Shown: one piece after another, positions 1 to 10,245 of the stretch
Layout: every line of letters begins with the position of its first letter
Position numbering within the stretch: position 1 is the stretch's first letter
Origin: Planctomycetota bacterium
GTDB lineage: Bacteria > Planctomycetota > UBA8108 > UBA1146
DNA: 64,000 nucleotides
Reading direction: 5' to 3'
Assembly: GCA_032128395.1 (NCBI GenBank)
Contig: JAQBGV010000193.1
Location: 7,764-71,763, forward strand
Translations under genes and position numbers: made by a program
Notes under the pieces: generated by a model
Databases searched by the model: none
Told to the model about the DNA's origin: nothing
What the model saw: only the letters and a program-made list of their open reading frames with translations

Positions 1-691
1 ACACCGTCGAGCTCGACCATGCGCGCCCCCGCGCGATCGGAGCGCAGTGACGACGTCACCGTCGCCGGGAGCACGACCTCGATCTCGGTGGCGGGACCGG
101 CGCCGTTTCGCTCGAGATACACCCGCACCTGGTCCCGCCGACCGACGCGCAGGAGATGGGTGGCTTCGTCGGGAGGGGCCGCGTCGTCGTGACGGGGATC
201 GAGCCGGCGGCTCTGCATCGCGGGGATTCCGTCGATGGCGATCAGCCGATCTCCGCGGCGAATCCCCGTCTCTTCGGCCGGAGTGCCACGAAGCACCTTC
301 GAGACGAGGAGCTCGCCGCCGCTCTCGGAGAGTTGGAACCCGATCGTCGGTGCGTCCCGCCCGGCGAGCTCCAGCTCGAAGTACTCCTTCGCGTAGGTCG
401 AGAAGAGCGCGATGTGGCTCGCGGGGATCCGATCGATCAGCTCTCGGGTGATCGCCCGCTCCTCCGCAAAACTCTGCGCGGCGCGCGCGCGGGCGAGGAA
501 TTCATGCCGTACCGCTTCGGAGACGGGCAGGTCCGGAATCTGCGAATCGAGGGTTCGCAGGGTCGCGGCGAGGAGATCGCCGCGTACCAGGACCGCGCTC
601 GATCGCGGCGAGGCGAGAGCGCCGCAAGCGGAGAGCGCGAGCAAGAGAAGCACTGCGGGGAGGGAAACGCGGCGGAGCGGGGAGAGCGACA
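1..691 (-). CDS. PDZ-domain lipoprotein, 5' part only (C-terminus lies beyond the window start)
   Basis: Minus-strand translation from the ATG at 691-689 gives MSLSPLRRVSLPAVLLLLALSACG (signal peptide plus lipobox LSAC) followed by a PDZ-like GIRRGDRLIAIDGIP segment. There is no stop before position 1. It is absent from the ORF track because it is open-ended. Confidence 0.5.
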
Positions 692-819
692 TGGAGACCT
701 CATCGATCGGGCGGGTCGGGGAGAAGGACGAGCATGACCAAAAGAGAGCTGCCCGTCGCTTTCGGTCGGGGACCCCGGGTCTCTACGCGGGGAGACCCTC
801 GTGACGCGCTGGGGCCGGA

Positions 820-2691
820 TTACGAACCACGGTCTCCTCGCCCTTCCAGCGACCCTTGCAGCTCCTTCGCCGCCTCCGCGTCTAGTTCGTCGCTGTGGCA
901 GCTCGCTTTTCCGTCCGCCGCGCCGACCGCCTTCTTCGTCTTCGCGGCGAGACGGTGGATCTCCTCCGGGGACAGCACGCCGCGCGCTTGCAGGATCTGC
1001 TGCTGCTCGTCGGTGAGGGCGGCGCTCCGGACGGTCCCACCGCGTTCGAACCCCTCTGCCTTGCCCGAGGCGAACTCCTGGATCTCCTTGCTGATCCGCA
1101 CGCTGCACCAGTCGTGACCGCACATCGCGCAGAAGTCGGTGTCGACGTCGAGATCCTCGTCGTGGAGGGCGCGCGCGGTGTCGGGATCGAAGGAGAGTTC
1201 GAAGTGGCGCTCCCAGTTGAGAGCGGCGCGCGCTCGCGTCAGATCGTCATCGCGATCGCGGCTGCCGGGAATTCCGAGCGCGATGTCCGCGGCGTGGGCG
1301 GCGATCTTGTAAGCGATGCACCCCTGCTTCACGTCGTCCTTCTTCGGCAGGCCGAGGTGCTCCTTGGGAGTGACGTAGCAGAGCATCGCCGCGCCGTGCC
1401 ACGCCGCGGAGGTCGCGCCGATGGCACTCGTGATATGGTCGTATCCGGGGAAGATGTCGGTGACGAGGGGGCCGAGCACGTAGAAAGGCGCGCCGTGGCA
1501 GAGTCGGCGCTCGAGCTTCATGTTGTACTCGATCTGATCGAGAGGCACGTGTCCCGGGCCTTCGACCATCACCTGGACCCCGTGTCGCCACGCGATCTCG
1601 GTCAGTTCGCCGATCGTCGACAGCTCGCAGAGTTGTGCGGCATCGGTCGCGTCCGCGAGCCCTCCCGGGCGCAGACCGTCCCCGAGCGAGAAGCTGACGT
1701 CGTGCCGCCGCATGATGGTGCAGATCTCCTCGAAGTGCGTGTACATCGGGTTCTCGGCGCCGTGATGGAGCATCCACTTCGCGAGCAGGGAGCCCCCGCG
1801 GCTGACGATGCCGATCAACCGATCGCGGATCGCGGGAAGATGCGCGCGGAGCACGCCGGCGTGGATCGTGAAGTAGTCGACCCCTTGCTCCGCCTGGTGC
1901 GCGATCTGGCCGAGGATCATCTCGCGCGTCAGGTCCTCGATGCGTTTCCCGATGATCATCGAGTAGATCGGGACCGTTCCGATCGGGACGGTGCTCTCGC
2001 GGAGGATCGCCTCGCGGCAGGCGTCGAGATCGCCGCCGGTCGAGAGATCCATCACCGTGTCCGCCCCCCACCGTTCGGCCCACCATAGTTTCTCGACTTC
2101 GTCGTCGGTACCGGAGGAGATCGGCGAGGCACCCATGTTCGCGTTCACCTTGGTGCGACTCGCACGCCCGATCGCCATCGGATCGAGCCCGGCCGCGAGG
2201 TGGGCTCGGTTCGCGGGGATGATCATCCGTCCCGCCGCGACCTCGTCGCGCACCTGCTCGGGGGAGAGGTGTCCCTCCCGGACCGAGACTCGCTGCATCT
2301 CCGGCGTGATCGTTCCGAGGCGGGCGTGCTCGAGCTGTGTCACCGGCTGAAACTTCGCGGGCGCCACCGCCCGGATCCAAGGCCCGAGATCGGTGCGGCC
2401 GTGCCCACCGCACCCGACCGTCGCCTCTTCCGCTGCCTCGATGCGCCAACCCACGGGAAGAAAGTCCCACGCGGTGTGCTCGCTCGGTTCCGGCATCCCC
2501 GGGGTGTCCGGCGAGGAGAAGGAACGGGGACCCCCGATGTCGGAGGCGCGGGCGAAACTCCCGGGAGTCGTGCCGTCGCCGCGAGACGAGGGATTCGCTG
2601 CTCCGTGATGTGGAAGTGGGTGGCTCGGCAGCGGGTGACGGGTGAGTGCGTGACGCGAGCTTGGGTATGGCGGGATGGGGTAGGGGGTCAT
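820..2691 (-). CDS. thiC: phosphomethylpyrimidine synthase ThiC
   Basis: Radical-SAM ThiC hallmarks run through the ORF (e.g. ...[36 protein letters not shown]..., C-terminal [10 protein letters not shown]). The start is chosen at ATG 2691 (MTPYPIPP...) because of the GGAGG SD 5 nt upstream. The track ORF extends to 2934 only because there is no in-frame stop. Confidence 0.88.
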   Translation of the reverse strand: MTPYPIPPYPSSRHALTRHPLPSHPLPHHGAANPSSRGDGTTPGSFARASDIGGPRSFSSPDTPGMPEPSEHTAWDFLPVGWRIEAAEEATVGCGGHGRTDLGPWIRAVAPAKFQPVTQLEHARLGTITPEMQRVSVREGHLSPEQVRDEVAAGRMIIPANRAHLAAGLDPMAIGRASRTKVNANMGASPISSGTDDEVEKLWWAERWGADTVMDLSTGGDLDACREAILRESTVPIGTVPIYSMIIGKRIEDLTREMILGQIAHQAEQGVDYFTIHAGVLRAHLPAIRDRLIGIVSRGGSLLAKWMLHHGAENPMYTHFEEICTIMRRHDVSFSLGDGLRPGGLADATDAAQLCELSTIGELTEIAWRHGVQVMVEGPGHVPLDQIEYNMKLERRLCHGAPFYVLGPLVTDIFPGYDHITSAIGATSAAWHGAAMLCYVTPKEHLGLPKKDDVKQGCIAYKIAAHAADIALGIPGSRDRDDDLTRARAALNWERHFELSFDPDTARALHDEDLDVDTDFCAMCGHDWCSVRISKEIQEFASGKAEGFERGGTVRSAALTDEQQQILQARGVLSPEEIHRLAAKTKKAVGAADGKASCHSDELDAEAAKELQGSLEGRGDRGS

Positions 2692-2700
2692 CGCATCCTC

Positions 2701-2812
2701 CCGAAGAGAACAGGGCCGCCGAAAAGGACAGGGCCGCCGAAAAGGACAGGGCCGCCGAAGAGGACAGGGCCGCCGAAGAGGACAGGGCCGCCGAAGAGGA
2801 CAGGGGCAGAGG
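2701..2812. repeat. 18-bp tandem repeat (ACAGGGCCGCCGAARAGG) x5 plus partial units, in the thiC 5' leader
   Basis: Direct reading: units at 2710-2727, 2728-2745, 2746-2763, 2764-2781 and 2782-2799, with partial units on both flanks. It lies between the TPP aptamer and the thiC SD/ATG. On the mRNA strand each unit reads CCUCUUCGGCGGCCCUGU. Confidence 0.85.
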
Positions 2813-2827
2813 AGGGCGCGGCCGCGA

Positions 2828-2928
2828 TCGGGCCGGAGCACGCTTCCCTCCGCCGGTACGAACCGGATCAGGTTCTGCGGGTACCTCTCAGCGACCGGAC
2901 CGATCCCGATCGCGCCCCGAGCGCGGTG
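2828..2928 (-). promoter_or_regulatory. TPP (thi-box) riboswitch aptamer upstream of thiC
   Basis: The minus strand reads ...CUCGGGGCGCGAUCGGGAUCGGUCCGGUCGCUGAGAGGUACCCGCAGAACCUGAUCCGGUUCGUACCGGCGGAGGGAAGCGUGCUCCGG. This matches the conserved CUGAGA ... ACCUGAUC-GG-UAAUACC-GCG-AGGGA core of the THI element. Confidence 0.8.
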
Positions 2929-3055
2929 TCCCACCCTACCTGGAGTCGGGAAGGCGAGGAAGGTCCGCGTTCTCGGGGGGATGGTCGACGGAGGCCCGCC
3001 GCCCCTTGCGCCCGCGGCCCGATCGGGATCTCCTTGTGGGATCAGGGAGGACGCC

Positions 3056-3943
3056 GTGGGCCCGCCGCCAACACCAGAACTGCTCGACTGGGTCGCGCGA
3101 ACCGTCGGAACGCCGCGCGTCGTCGCCCCCTGCGGCTGGCCCCAGGGACCCTCCCGAGTCTGGCGAGTCGTCGGCTCGGATCGCGGCCTCTTCTACCTCA
3201 AACAATTTTCCGAGGAGAACAAGCGCGATCAGGAGATCGCCGCGTACGAGTGTTTCGTGCCGGCGCTCCGGGGAGGCGCCGTCTTGCTCCCCGAGCTCGT
3301 CGCCCGGAGCGGGCCCACCCTCCGCTCCCTCCTCTTCAGCGCGCTCGAGGGGACCGTGGTCAGCCGATCCCCACTCGCTGAGGAGGAAGGGATCCGCCTG
3401 CACCGGATCGCGGGAGAGTTCATCCGTCGAATGCACGATCTTCCGTTCGAGGACGATGACACCTTGCCCCTCTCCCAGTCGATCCCCCTCCGGCTCGCCC
3501 TCTGGCTCGAGCGGGGTGGCGATCGACTCTCCGGTTCCGAGGGGGATCTCGCGCGAAGACTCGTCGGGGACGGATCGCTCTTCGCGGGGGATCGCCGCGT
3601 CCCTTGTCACCGCGACTTCCAGACCCGCAACTGGATCTTCGACCAGAATCATCCCGATCGTCTCGGTGTGATCGACTTCGAGCACACGCGTGCCGACCAT
3701 CCTCTGATCGACTGGGTGCGAGTTCACGAGCGCGCGCTGCCGAGATATCCCCGCTGGTTCGAGGCATTCACTCAAGGCTATGGCGCAGCGGAGAATGGCC
3801 GAGCGCTCGATGACGGGATCGCCCTGCGACTGCGAGCACTTTCCGCAGTCCACGCCGTCGGTTCGGTGGTGTGGGGGTCGGCCCATCGCGATGCCGAGTT
3901 CGAGCGGGCGGGTCACGAGTTGCTCGCGCAGCTCCGGAGCTGA
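3056..3943 (+). CDS. phosphotransferase-family kinase (APH/choline-kinase fold)
   Basis: Brenner motif [10 protein letters not shown] (HxDxxxxN) and DFE (VIDFEHT), with a Gly-rich N-lobe [17 protein letters not shown]. Start moved to GTG 3056 (SD GGGAGG 5 nt upstream) so that the divergent thiC promoter and riboswitch are not inside the CDS. The track start is 2981. Confidence 0.55.
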   Translation: MGPPPTPELLDWVARTVGTPRVVAPCGWPQGPSRVWRVVGSDRGLFYLKQFSEENKRDQEIAAYECFVPALRGGAVLLPELVARSGPTLRSLLFSALEGTVVSRSPLAEEEGIRLHRIAGEFIRRMHDLPFEDDDTLPLSQSIPLRLALWLERGGDRLSGSEGDLARRLVGDGSLFAGDRRVPCHRDFQTRNWIFDQNHPDRLGVIDFEHTRADHPLIDWVRVHERALPRYPRWFEAFTQGYGAAENGRALDDGIALRLRALSAVHAVGSVVWGSAHRDAEFERAGHELLAQLRS

Positions 3944-4304
3944 CGCCCTCTCCCCCCGACCCCATCATCGAAATCGCCCTCCCCGCTTCCACGGAGAGGG
4001 CGAGCGGATCCCCAGCATTCCGTATCACCTTGGGGGGAAATGGGGAGGAACGCCCCGTCGCCGGATCATGACCCGGCGACACCCGGCCTCGCTGTCGCGA
4101 AAACGCGCGGGAGCTTTCCCGAACGACCCTCTTTCTGAGGGGCTTCGAATCGGGCCTCCGCTGGCGCCCGATTCGGCGGCGATCCTAACCCCCCCGCGGA
4201 GATCCGCAAGAGGTTCACTGAACCTGCAGTGCATGCACGTCCTTCGCCGCGGATCGCCCCCCCTCGTATCCCTGGAATTGGTGGGGACACCCTCCTAGGG
4301 GTCC

Positions 4305-5546
4305 TCAGCGAGATCCGGTCGAACTGTAGAACGGGGGAACCGGGCGGTCCGGGAGCTGGAAGTAGATTCCGTACGAAAGGGCGACGACCGGGTACTTCAC
4401 GTACAGCCGGTAGTGACGGAATTCAGCGAGCTCCAGGTCGGCGTGCTCGCAGACGGTGGCGACCAAGTCGCCGTAGCGCGGGAACGGCTTGAAGGCCATC
4501 CCGCGGGGATCGGTTCCGAGCGAGTGGAGCGATTCGCAGAAGTCGTGGCGGTCGATCCCGCGGCTCGGAGCCTCTGTGGGGGTGAGCAGATTCTGTCCTC
4601 GGTTGATCTCGAGGCGGGGAACGACGCCGCGCCAGACGTCCGGGTGGACGAACACATCCAGGAGCATGTCCTTCGACGGATTCCGCGGGAGGAACACGAA
4701 CGGGGCTGCGAGCATCTCTCGTCGTCGGTAGCGGGGCGAGGCATTCTTGTCGATCGATGCGAAGAACATCGAGAGCTCGCGGCTCTCCCCGGCATCGTCA
4801 CCGGGGAGGGTGTAGAGGAGACGCTTCCCATCGGCGACCAGGTCCACCTCGGGAAATGGATCGGTCGACAAGCTCTTCAGCGCGACCGAATAGCCGCTCC
4901 GGTCGAGCCTCCCACCGTGGAGTACCTGCTCGGCCTGCGGGAGATCTTGATCGCTCTCGCCGGAGAGCACCCTCCCCCCCACCAGAATCGTCAACTCGGG
5001 TCGCAGCCGGCGCAGGCCATGACTGCCATAGATCGCCAGCTCGTCGCACCATTCGTCGCTGTCCACGGACGGATAGACGAAAAAAGTGGTGAGTACGACA
5101 TCGTTCTGCAGCCCGAGCAGGTTGCTCATGCCGCGAAAGATGCTCTGTTTGCTGGTCGCCTCGATCTTCTCGCGCGCATCGACCAGCTGACTCCCGATCA
5201 GAGTGTCGAGGTTCGACTTCCTGCCGCCGAGGCTCGCGATCGCATCCTCGAGATGATCGATCGCCTCCCCTGCGCGACCGCAGACGTTGGCAGCGACCCC
5301 GCGGGCTCGCCCCGCCTCGAGGACCGTGCGCAGGCTTCCAGTCGCGGGGAGCTGATGGAGGGCACGGAGTGGGTCGTCATTTCGGAGGGCGCTGCAGGTC
5401 CGCACGCAGAGGGTCTGGTCGAGCGACCAGACGCGAGAGAGGTCCGTGGGGCGGGGAAGACGTCCATCGGTCGAAACGAGGCTGATCAAGGCCTCGAGAA
5501 GCTCGGCACCGACTTCCTTCAGTGACTCCGCCGTCACGTTTCCCAA
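4305..5546 (-). CDS. hypothetical protein (~413 aa, no recognisable domain), last gene of the TPR-phosphatase operon
   Basis: Long ORF with ordinary, non-Arg-rich composition after a TTG start that is preceded by AAGGAGG. The upstream part of the track ORF (to 5597) has no SD. I recognised no catalytic motifs. Confidence 0.45.
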   Translation of the reverse strand: MGNVTAESLKEVGAELLEALISLVSTDGRLPRPTDLSRVWSLDQTLCVRTCSALRNDDPLRALHQLPATGSLRTVLEAGRARGVAANVCGRAGEAIDHLEDAIASLGGRKSNLDTLIGSQLVDAREKIEATSKQSIFRGMSNLLGLQNDVVLTTFFVYPSVDSDEWCDELAIYGSHGLRRLRPELTILVGGRVLSGESDQDLPQAEQVLHGGRLDRSGYSVALKSLSTDPFPEVDLVADGKRLLYTLPGDDAGESRELSMFFASIDKNASPRYRRREMLAAPFVFLPRNPSKDMLLDVFVHPDVWRGVVPRLEINRGQNLLTPTEAPSRGIDRHDFCESLHSLGTDPRGMAFKPFPRYGDLVATVCEHADLELAEFRHYRLYVKYPVVALSYGIYFQLPDRPVPPFYSSTGSR

Positions 5547-5659
5547 GTGACCTCCTTCAGGGTGGAGGGTACCGGTGAGTCCGGATGGCGCAAGCACACC
5601 GGTGATCTACGGCAACGAGAGGTGGAAGGAGAACCGCGTGTGAACTCACCGGAAAGAGA

Positions 5660-8223
5660 TCAGGGACAGGATGGATAGAACGCGCACCCCACTCCACCGG
5701 CCACCGCTCCGCAACTCGGGAACGGCGGGGCGGGAGGAGGTCCGCCCGCGAAGAGATAACCGAGAAGGTTGATCGGGTCGCCGATCGTCAGAGCACCATC
5801 GACACTGATGTCCCCCGATTCGAGGCAGTCGAGCGGTGACCCGAGGAAGATGTACGACAGGATGTGGACCACGTCCCCGATGTCCGGACTCCCCGTCCCG
5901 TTCGGGTCTCCGCGGCGGAACGAAGTCCCGGTCGGCATCGGCGACTCGACGACCCGGAGCGCGTTCGCGTACTTCCCGCGCCAGGGGTTTCCCGAATCTC
6001 CGTCGTAGGTGCAGACGAGTCGTACCTCTCCGTCGCTTCCCGGATCGACCTCGATAAATCGAGCGACGTACCCCGCAGGGTTGTCGGATGGGAGCCGGGT
6101 GGAAGGATCCCCGGGGCCCGAAAAGAGAGCACCTCCCGAACCGGGTTCCGGGTTGTCGATGCCGACCGAGCTCGCATTCAAGAATCCGATCGAATCCTCG
6201 AGGGTGACGAGCACCGCGCGGTCCCATCCGTAGTAGTTGCGATGTCCGTAGAGGACGAGGTCGTAGCGCGACGAGGGATCGAGCCCGGTCAGGATCAAGC
6301 GGAGGTCTCCCGTCGGCGACGGGGAGGCGATGTACGAAATGCAGCCGTGGGCGGTGACGTGCCCGTCGAACACATCCCAAGCGTCGACCCCCGGGAGCGG
6401 CCCTCCGCTCAAGTCGAGGGCGTGGTCGCCTCCATCGTACGTCCCTCCTTCGACGGTCAGAGTCACGCCGGTGGCGAGTCCGGAGGCTCGGTCGACGAGC
6501 TCGCCGCTCGAAGGAAATCCACTCCCGCCGATCGGCGAGGTGATCTTGGTGATGTTCTCATCCCGCTGACCCAGCCGCCATGCGAGGTCGTTGAACGCGA
6601 TGAAGCCCCCAGCGCTCGCGGGGAGGAACTGCGCGGTCACCGGCGCATCGGCGCTCAAGGTCACCATCGTCGTCGACATGATTCCGGTCACCGCGCCGGC
6701 CCAGCCGTCGAAGATCCACCCTGGCGCGGGCTCGGCGGTGAGGGTGACCGTCTGGCCGTCCTCGTAGAGCGGTCGGTCGGGGGTCCGACGGATACGACCG
6801 CCCCCCTCGATCGTCTCGACGATGCGGTGGATCGCCGCCCCCTTCGAGATCACGAAGCGATCGGTGACGCTGCTGTCGATGCGCACGTTCTCGAGCCAGA
6901 GCAGGTCGCCGTCGACCCGGAGCAGACAGGAGCCGTGTTCGATCTCATCGAACGCCATCGCCGGATGCCCCCCGTTGCCCCCCGTCTCTCGGCCACCGTG
7001 ACCGCCGACGACGTACACCGCGCCGTCCGCGACGAGCCCCGGGGTCTTGGTGTATGCGCCGTCCCCGTTCGGATCGCCGTCTCCCGAGTCGAAGACGTGC
7101 CCGTCTGCGATCAGGACCGGCGTCGCGGGGGTCGCGAAATCAGGGGAAGTCCCATATCCGTGCGCACCGTCGATCAGCATCGAACGTTCGTAGCCGTGCG
7201 AATGCCCCGACAGGACCAAGTCGACCCCGCCCGCTTCCAGGATCGGAACGACCTCTTCGCGAGCGAGTACCAATCTTCCCCCGGAGTCGGTGCCGTCGTT
7301 CGAGTCGTGCGACCCCTTCGTGTACGGCGGGTGGTGGAAGAACACGACGACCCAGTCGGCGAGGGTGCTCGCAAGGTCTAGGGCGAGCCAGTCGAGCATG
7401 TTCGACGGGGGCTCCAGATCCCCCTCGGCGGTGTCGATCGAGATGAAGTGCACGTTCTGGTGGTCGAAGGAGTAGTACGCGCGCGTCCCCGACGCCACCC
7501 CGCCGAGCTCCCCCGCGGTCGGCAGCACGAATGCTTCGAAGTACGGCCCGAACTGCGTCGCCGAAGTGGAACTGCTCGCATCGTGGTTCCCCATGGTCGG
7601 CCAGATCGGGCTCCGCCGGAGGATCTCTCCGTAAACGTCGAAGAAATACTCGGTGTACTGCTGATCGGTGCCATTCGAATACGCGATGTCTCCGACGTGG
7701 ATGAACAGGTCGGGGCCGGCACCCTCGGTCGCGGCGAACATCGCGTCGCGGACCGCGAGTTGATTGTCGTTGCCGTCTCCGGAGTCACCGACGATCCAGG
7801 CGCTGAACGGAAAGGCGGTTCCCGCGGGGAGCGGAGTGGTGAAGCGGTACGCCGATGTCCCCCCCCCGATGACGCCGCCGGTCGCGGTACCGAATTGGTA
7901 GTAGTACGTGGTCCCGGGGGTGAGGCCGGTCAGTGTCACGGTGTGATCTCGCTCGCTCAAGTTCGACGGGGGGACCGCGACCGTGCCGGTCACCAGGGTC
8001 GTCAGCGATGCGGGGTCGGTCCCGTACTCGACGATCGGGTCGGTCGGGAAAGTGTCGTCGACCCGCCAACGAACGAGCACCGAGTCGGGGGAGAGCTGCA
8101 GGAGGTAGGCGTCGCGGATCAGCGGCGGGCCCGCGTCGACCGGCGTGATCCCGACGAAGACGATGGAGAGGAGCGCGGCCGTGAGCCCCGAACGAATCGC
8201 GTGGATCCTGCGGTGTGTGTTCA
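5660..8223 (-). CDS. secreted purple-acid-phosphatase-like metallophosphoesterase with C-terminal dockerin-like module
   Basis: Signal peptide MNTHRRIHAIRSGLTAALLSIVFVGITPVDA. Metallophosphatase motifs GDSGDG, GDIAYSNG, GNHD and FHHPPYTKGSHDS. C-terminus has DIGDVVHILSYIF...DISVDGALTIGDPINLLGYLFAGGPPPAPPFPSCG. ATG 8223-8221 overlaps the upstream stop (ATGA). The track N-terminus (to 9250) is Arg-rich read-through. Confidence 0.8.
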
Positions 8224-9285
8224 TCCCGAACGGACCTCCCCCCCGCGCGCATCGGTCGGGGTGTCGGCGGGGGGAGCTCCTCGCGACTCGATCTCCTCGA
8301 GAAGCTCCGCGACCCCGGCGAATTCGGGGGCGAGGCGTTTCGCCTCCTTGGCATCGCGGCGGGCACCTTCGGGATCCCCGAGGTCGAGCAAGATCCTCCC
8401 CCGGGTGACGAGATGCATCGGGATCCGGCGACGGGCGAGGACGCGATCCGCTTCGGCGAGCGCGGCTCGGAGTTCGATCAGCCGTCGCGGCTCGTTCCCG
8501 GCCGCTTCGTAGACTTCGGCCCGCCGGACGAGCCAGCTCGTTCGAACCGCAGCCCGGGAGAGCTCGGCGTCGATGAGCGAAAGCGCGGTCTCGTACTCGC
8601 CGCGGGCGATCTCGACGGAGATCCACGCGTCCTTGACGAGCAGTGAGTCTCCGAGGGTTTCGAGCGCGTTCTGATAGCCGCGGGCGGCCTGTTCGAGTGC
8701 ACCCTGCTCGGAGAGCAGTGCCCCGCAGCGCAGTGCTCGATCGACACTCGGGGCGAGAGTGAACGAGCGGGTCACGTCGGCGATCGCAGCTGCGAGCTCG
8801 CCCGCGCGAACGTGGAGCGTTGCGCGTGCGTCGAGCACGGCGGCAGCGCGGTCGGGAACCGCCTCGATGACTCGGTCGAGCAGAGGGGCCGCCTCGTCGT
8901 CGCGCTCGAGATCGACGTAGCAGAGCGCTCGCTCCAGGGGCTCCTCCCACGGGGCGAATGGGGACGGTCCCCCATCGGCGACGATCGTCACCGCGAGATC
9001 GCGTGCACGGTCGCAGTCGGCGAGAGCTTCGGCGGGTTTCTTGTGAAAGCGGAGGAGTCGCGCGCGGAGCAGATGGAGATCCGGCCGCGGCGTGGCCGCG
9101 GACTCGATCTCGGCGGTGACCCGCTGGATGTCGACGTGGGCACCGTCGTGGGCCGCCAGGGGGCCCGTGGTGACCCCGAACAATATCGAGAGGAGCATCA
9201 CTGGCACCGAACTTCGCAGATGCCGTTCGAGGACGGGTCGATGAACGCAAAGCCGCGATTTCATCGGCGCGACAACTCCGGTCAA
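8221..9285 (-). CDS. TPR-repeat protein with N-terminal signal-anchor
   Basis: TPR-like Ala/Leu-rich helical repeats and a hydrophobic stretch VMLLSILFGVTTGPLAA. TTG start at 9285 with a GAGGAG SD 5 nt upstream. The stop overlaps the phosphatase ATG. Confidence 0.55.
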   Translation of the reverse strand: MTGVVAPMKSRLCVHRPVLERHLRSSVPVMLLSILFGVTTGPLAAHDGAHVDIQRVTAEIESAATPRPDLHLLRARLLRFHKKPAEALADCDRARDLAVTIVADGGPSPFAPWEEPLERALCYVDLERDDEAAPLLDRVIEAVPDRAAAVLDARATLHVRAGELAAAIADVTRSFTLAPSVDRALRCGALLSEQGALEQAARGYQNALETLGDSLLVKDAWISVEIARGEYETALSLIDAELSRAAVRTSWLVRRAEVYEAAGNEPRRLIELRAALAEADRVLARRRIPMHLVTRGRILLDLGDPEGARRDAKEAKRLAPEFAGVAELLEEIESRGAPPADTPTDARGGEVRSG

Positions 9286-9636
9286 GTCGGCTCCTCAGTG
9301 ATCCGGACCCACCGAATCGCGTTTGCAGGTCACGACCCAGTCTCGTCTACGGGCATAAACCGCCCGCGAGCAACGAGTTAAACTGCCTCTATGGTACCTC
9401 CACGGGGGACCTGCGACACCGAGCATCGCCGGCAATTCCACAAACTTGCTGGGATGCCGGACTTAGCAGTCCGTAGAAAGTGTGCTTCCGATCCGAAAGA
9501 TCGACTCCTCAGACGGGCGGTGACCCCCGCGCACCGCGAGTACACCCACCCCCTTCGTTCCCGTAGGGTCAGGGGTCATGAAGAAGAGGGCGGGCACGCA
9601 CTGCGAGCCGACCCCGACGGATCTTCGGTTTGCCGC

Positions 9637-9665
9637 CGAACGGATCCGAGCTCCGGACGTCCTAT
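9637..9665 (+). promoter_or_regulatory. candidate ECF-type promoter (CGAAC-N16-CGTCC) upstream of the ECF sigma gene
   Basis: The pattern CGAACggatccgagctccggaCGTCCTA lies ~55 nt upstream of GTG 9721. GGAAC/CGTC-like spacing is typical of autoregulated ECF sigma promoters. Pattern match only. Confidence 0.25.
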
Positions 9666-9720
9666 CACCGAGAGGCGGGCAGCTCCGCTCGCCGCCGGGC
9701 GGGAAGGGGAGACCTCGAAA

Positions 9721-10245
9721 GTGATACAGGTCTATCCCTGGTCAGAGGAAGCGCTCGCGTCGCGCCCGAGCCTCGTCTCCGCCGCGCGACGCGTGGTCCG
9801 AGACGCGACCGAGGCGGAGGACGTCGCCGACGAGGCGATCGCCCGGCTCGCCGCCGCCACCGCGGCCGGGGAGTCGATCGAATCCGTCGCGGGGTGGCTC
9901 CACCGAGCGGCGCTCCGGATCTCGGTCGATCGAGCGCGCGCCTGGGTTCGCCGGCGGCAGGAAGGTTGGCGTCACGAGGCGGCGCGCCGACCCACTGCAC
10001 CGGACCCCGAGCGAGTGCTCGAAGAGGTCGAGACGCGGGAACGACTGTGGCTCGCGGTGCTCGAGCTCCCCGACCGGCAGCGCGACGCGGTCGTGCTCCG
10101 GCAGATGGACGGGCGGAGCTTCCGCGAGATCGCGGACCTGCTGGAAATTTCCGAAGCGACCGCTCGGGGTCACGTGCATGCGGCGCGAGCGACGCTCCGG
10201 CGTACGCTGTGGGACCTCGATCCGACGGAAGGGCGAGGACGATGA
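9721..10245 (+). CDS. ECF (group 4) RNA polymerase sigma factor
   Basis: Sigma-70 region 2 (EAIARLAAA...WLHRAALRISVDRARAW) and region 4 HTH (LELPDRQRDAVVLRQMDGRSFREIADLLEISEATARGHVHAARATLRR). GTG start at 9721 after GGGGAG. The stop overlaps the next ATG. Confidence 0.8.
   Translation: MIQVYPWSEEALASRPSLVSAARRVVRDATEAEDVADEAIARLAAATAAGESIESVAGWLHRAALRISVDRARAWVRRRQEGWRHEAARRPTAPDPERVLEEVETRERLWLAVLELPDRQRDAVVLRQMDGRSFREIADLLEISEATARGHVHAARATLRRTLWDLDPTEGRGR

Noticed and set aside
47-1123. Several 130-230-aa ORFs in the first 1.1 kb on both strands
   Set aside because: They overlap the open-ended PDZ-lipoprotein gene (minus strand, 1-691) and the thiC 3' end. Their compositions are Arg-rich.
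2701-2812. Possible CRISPR array
   Set aside because: The units are contiguous 18-bp direct repeats with no spacers. Likewise the 12-bp repeat at 52621-52660. No cas genes in the window.
2691-2934. N-terminal 81 aa of the track's ThiC ORF, containing (RPCPLR)n
   Set aside because: This is translation of the riboswitch and the 18-bp repeats. An SD+ATG at 2691 follows the repeats, so the repeats are treated as 5' UTR.
5864-7381. 505-aa + strand ORF inside the metallophosphatase gene
   Set aside because: Antisense artefact of a high-GC gene.
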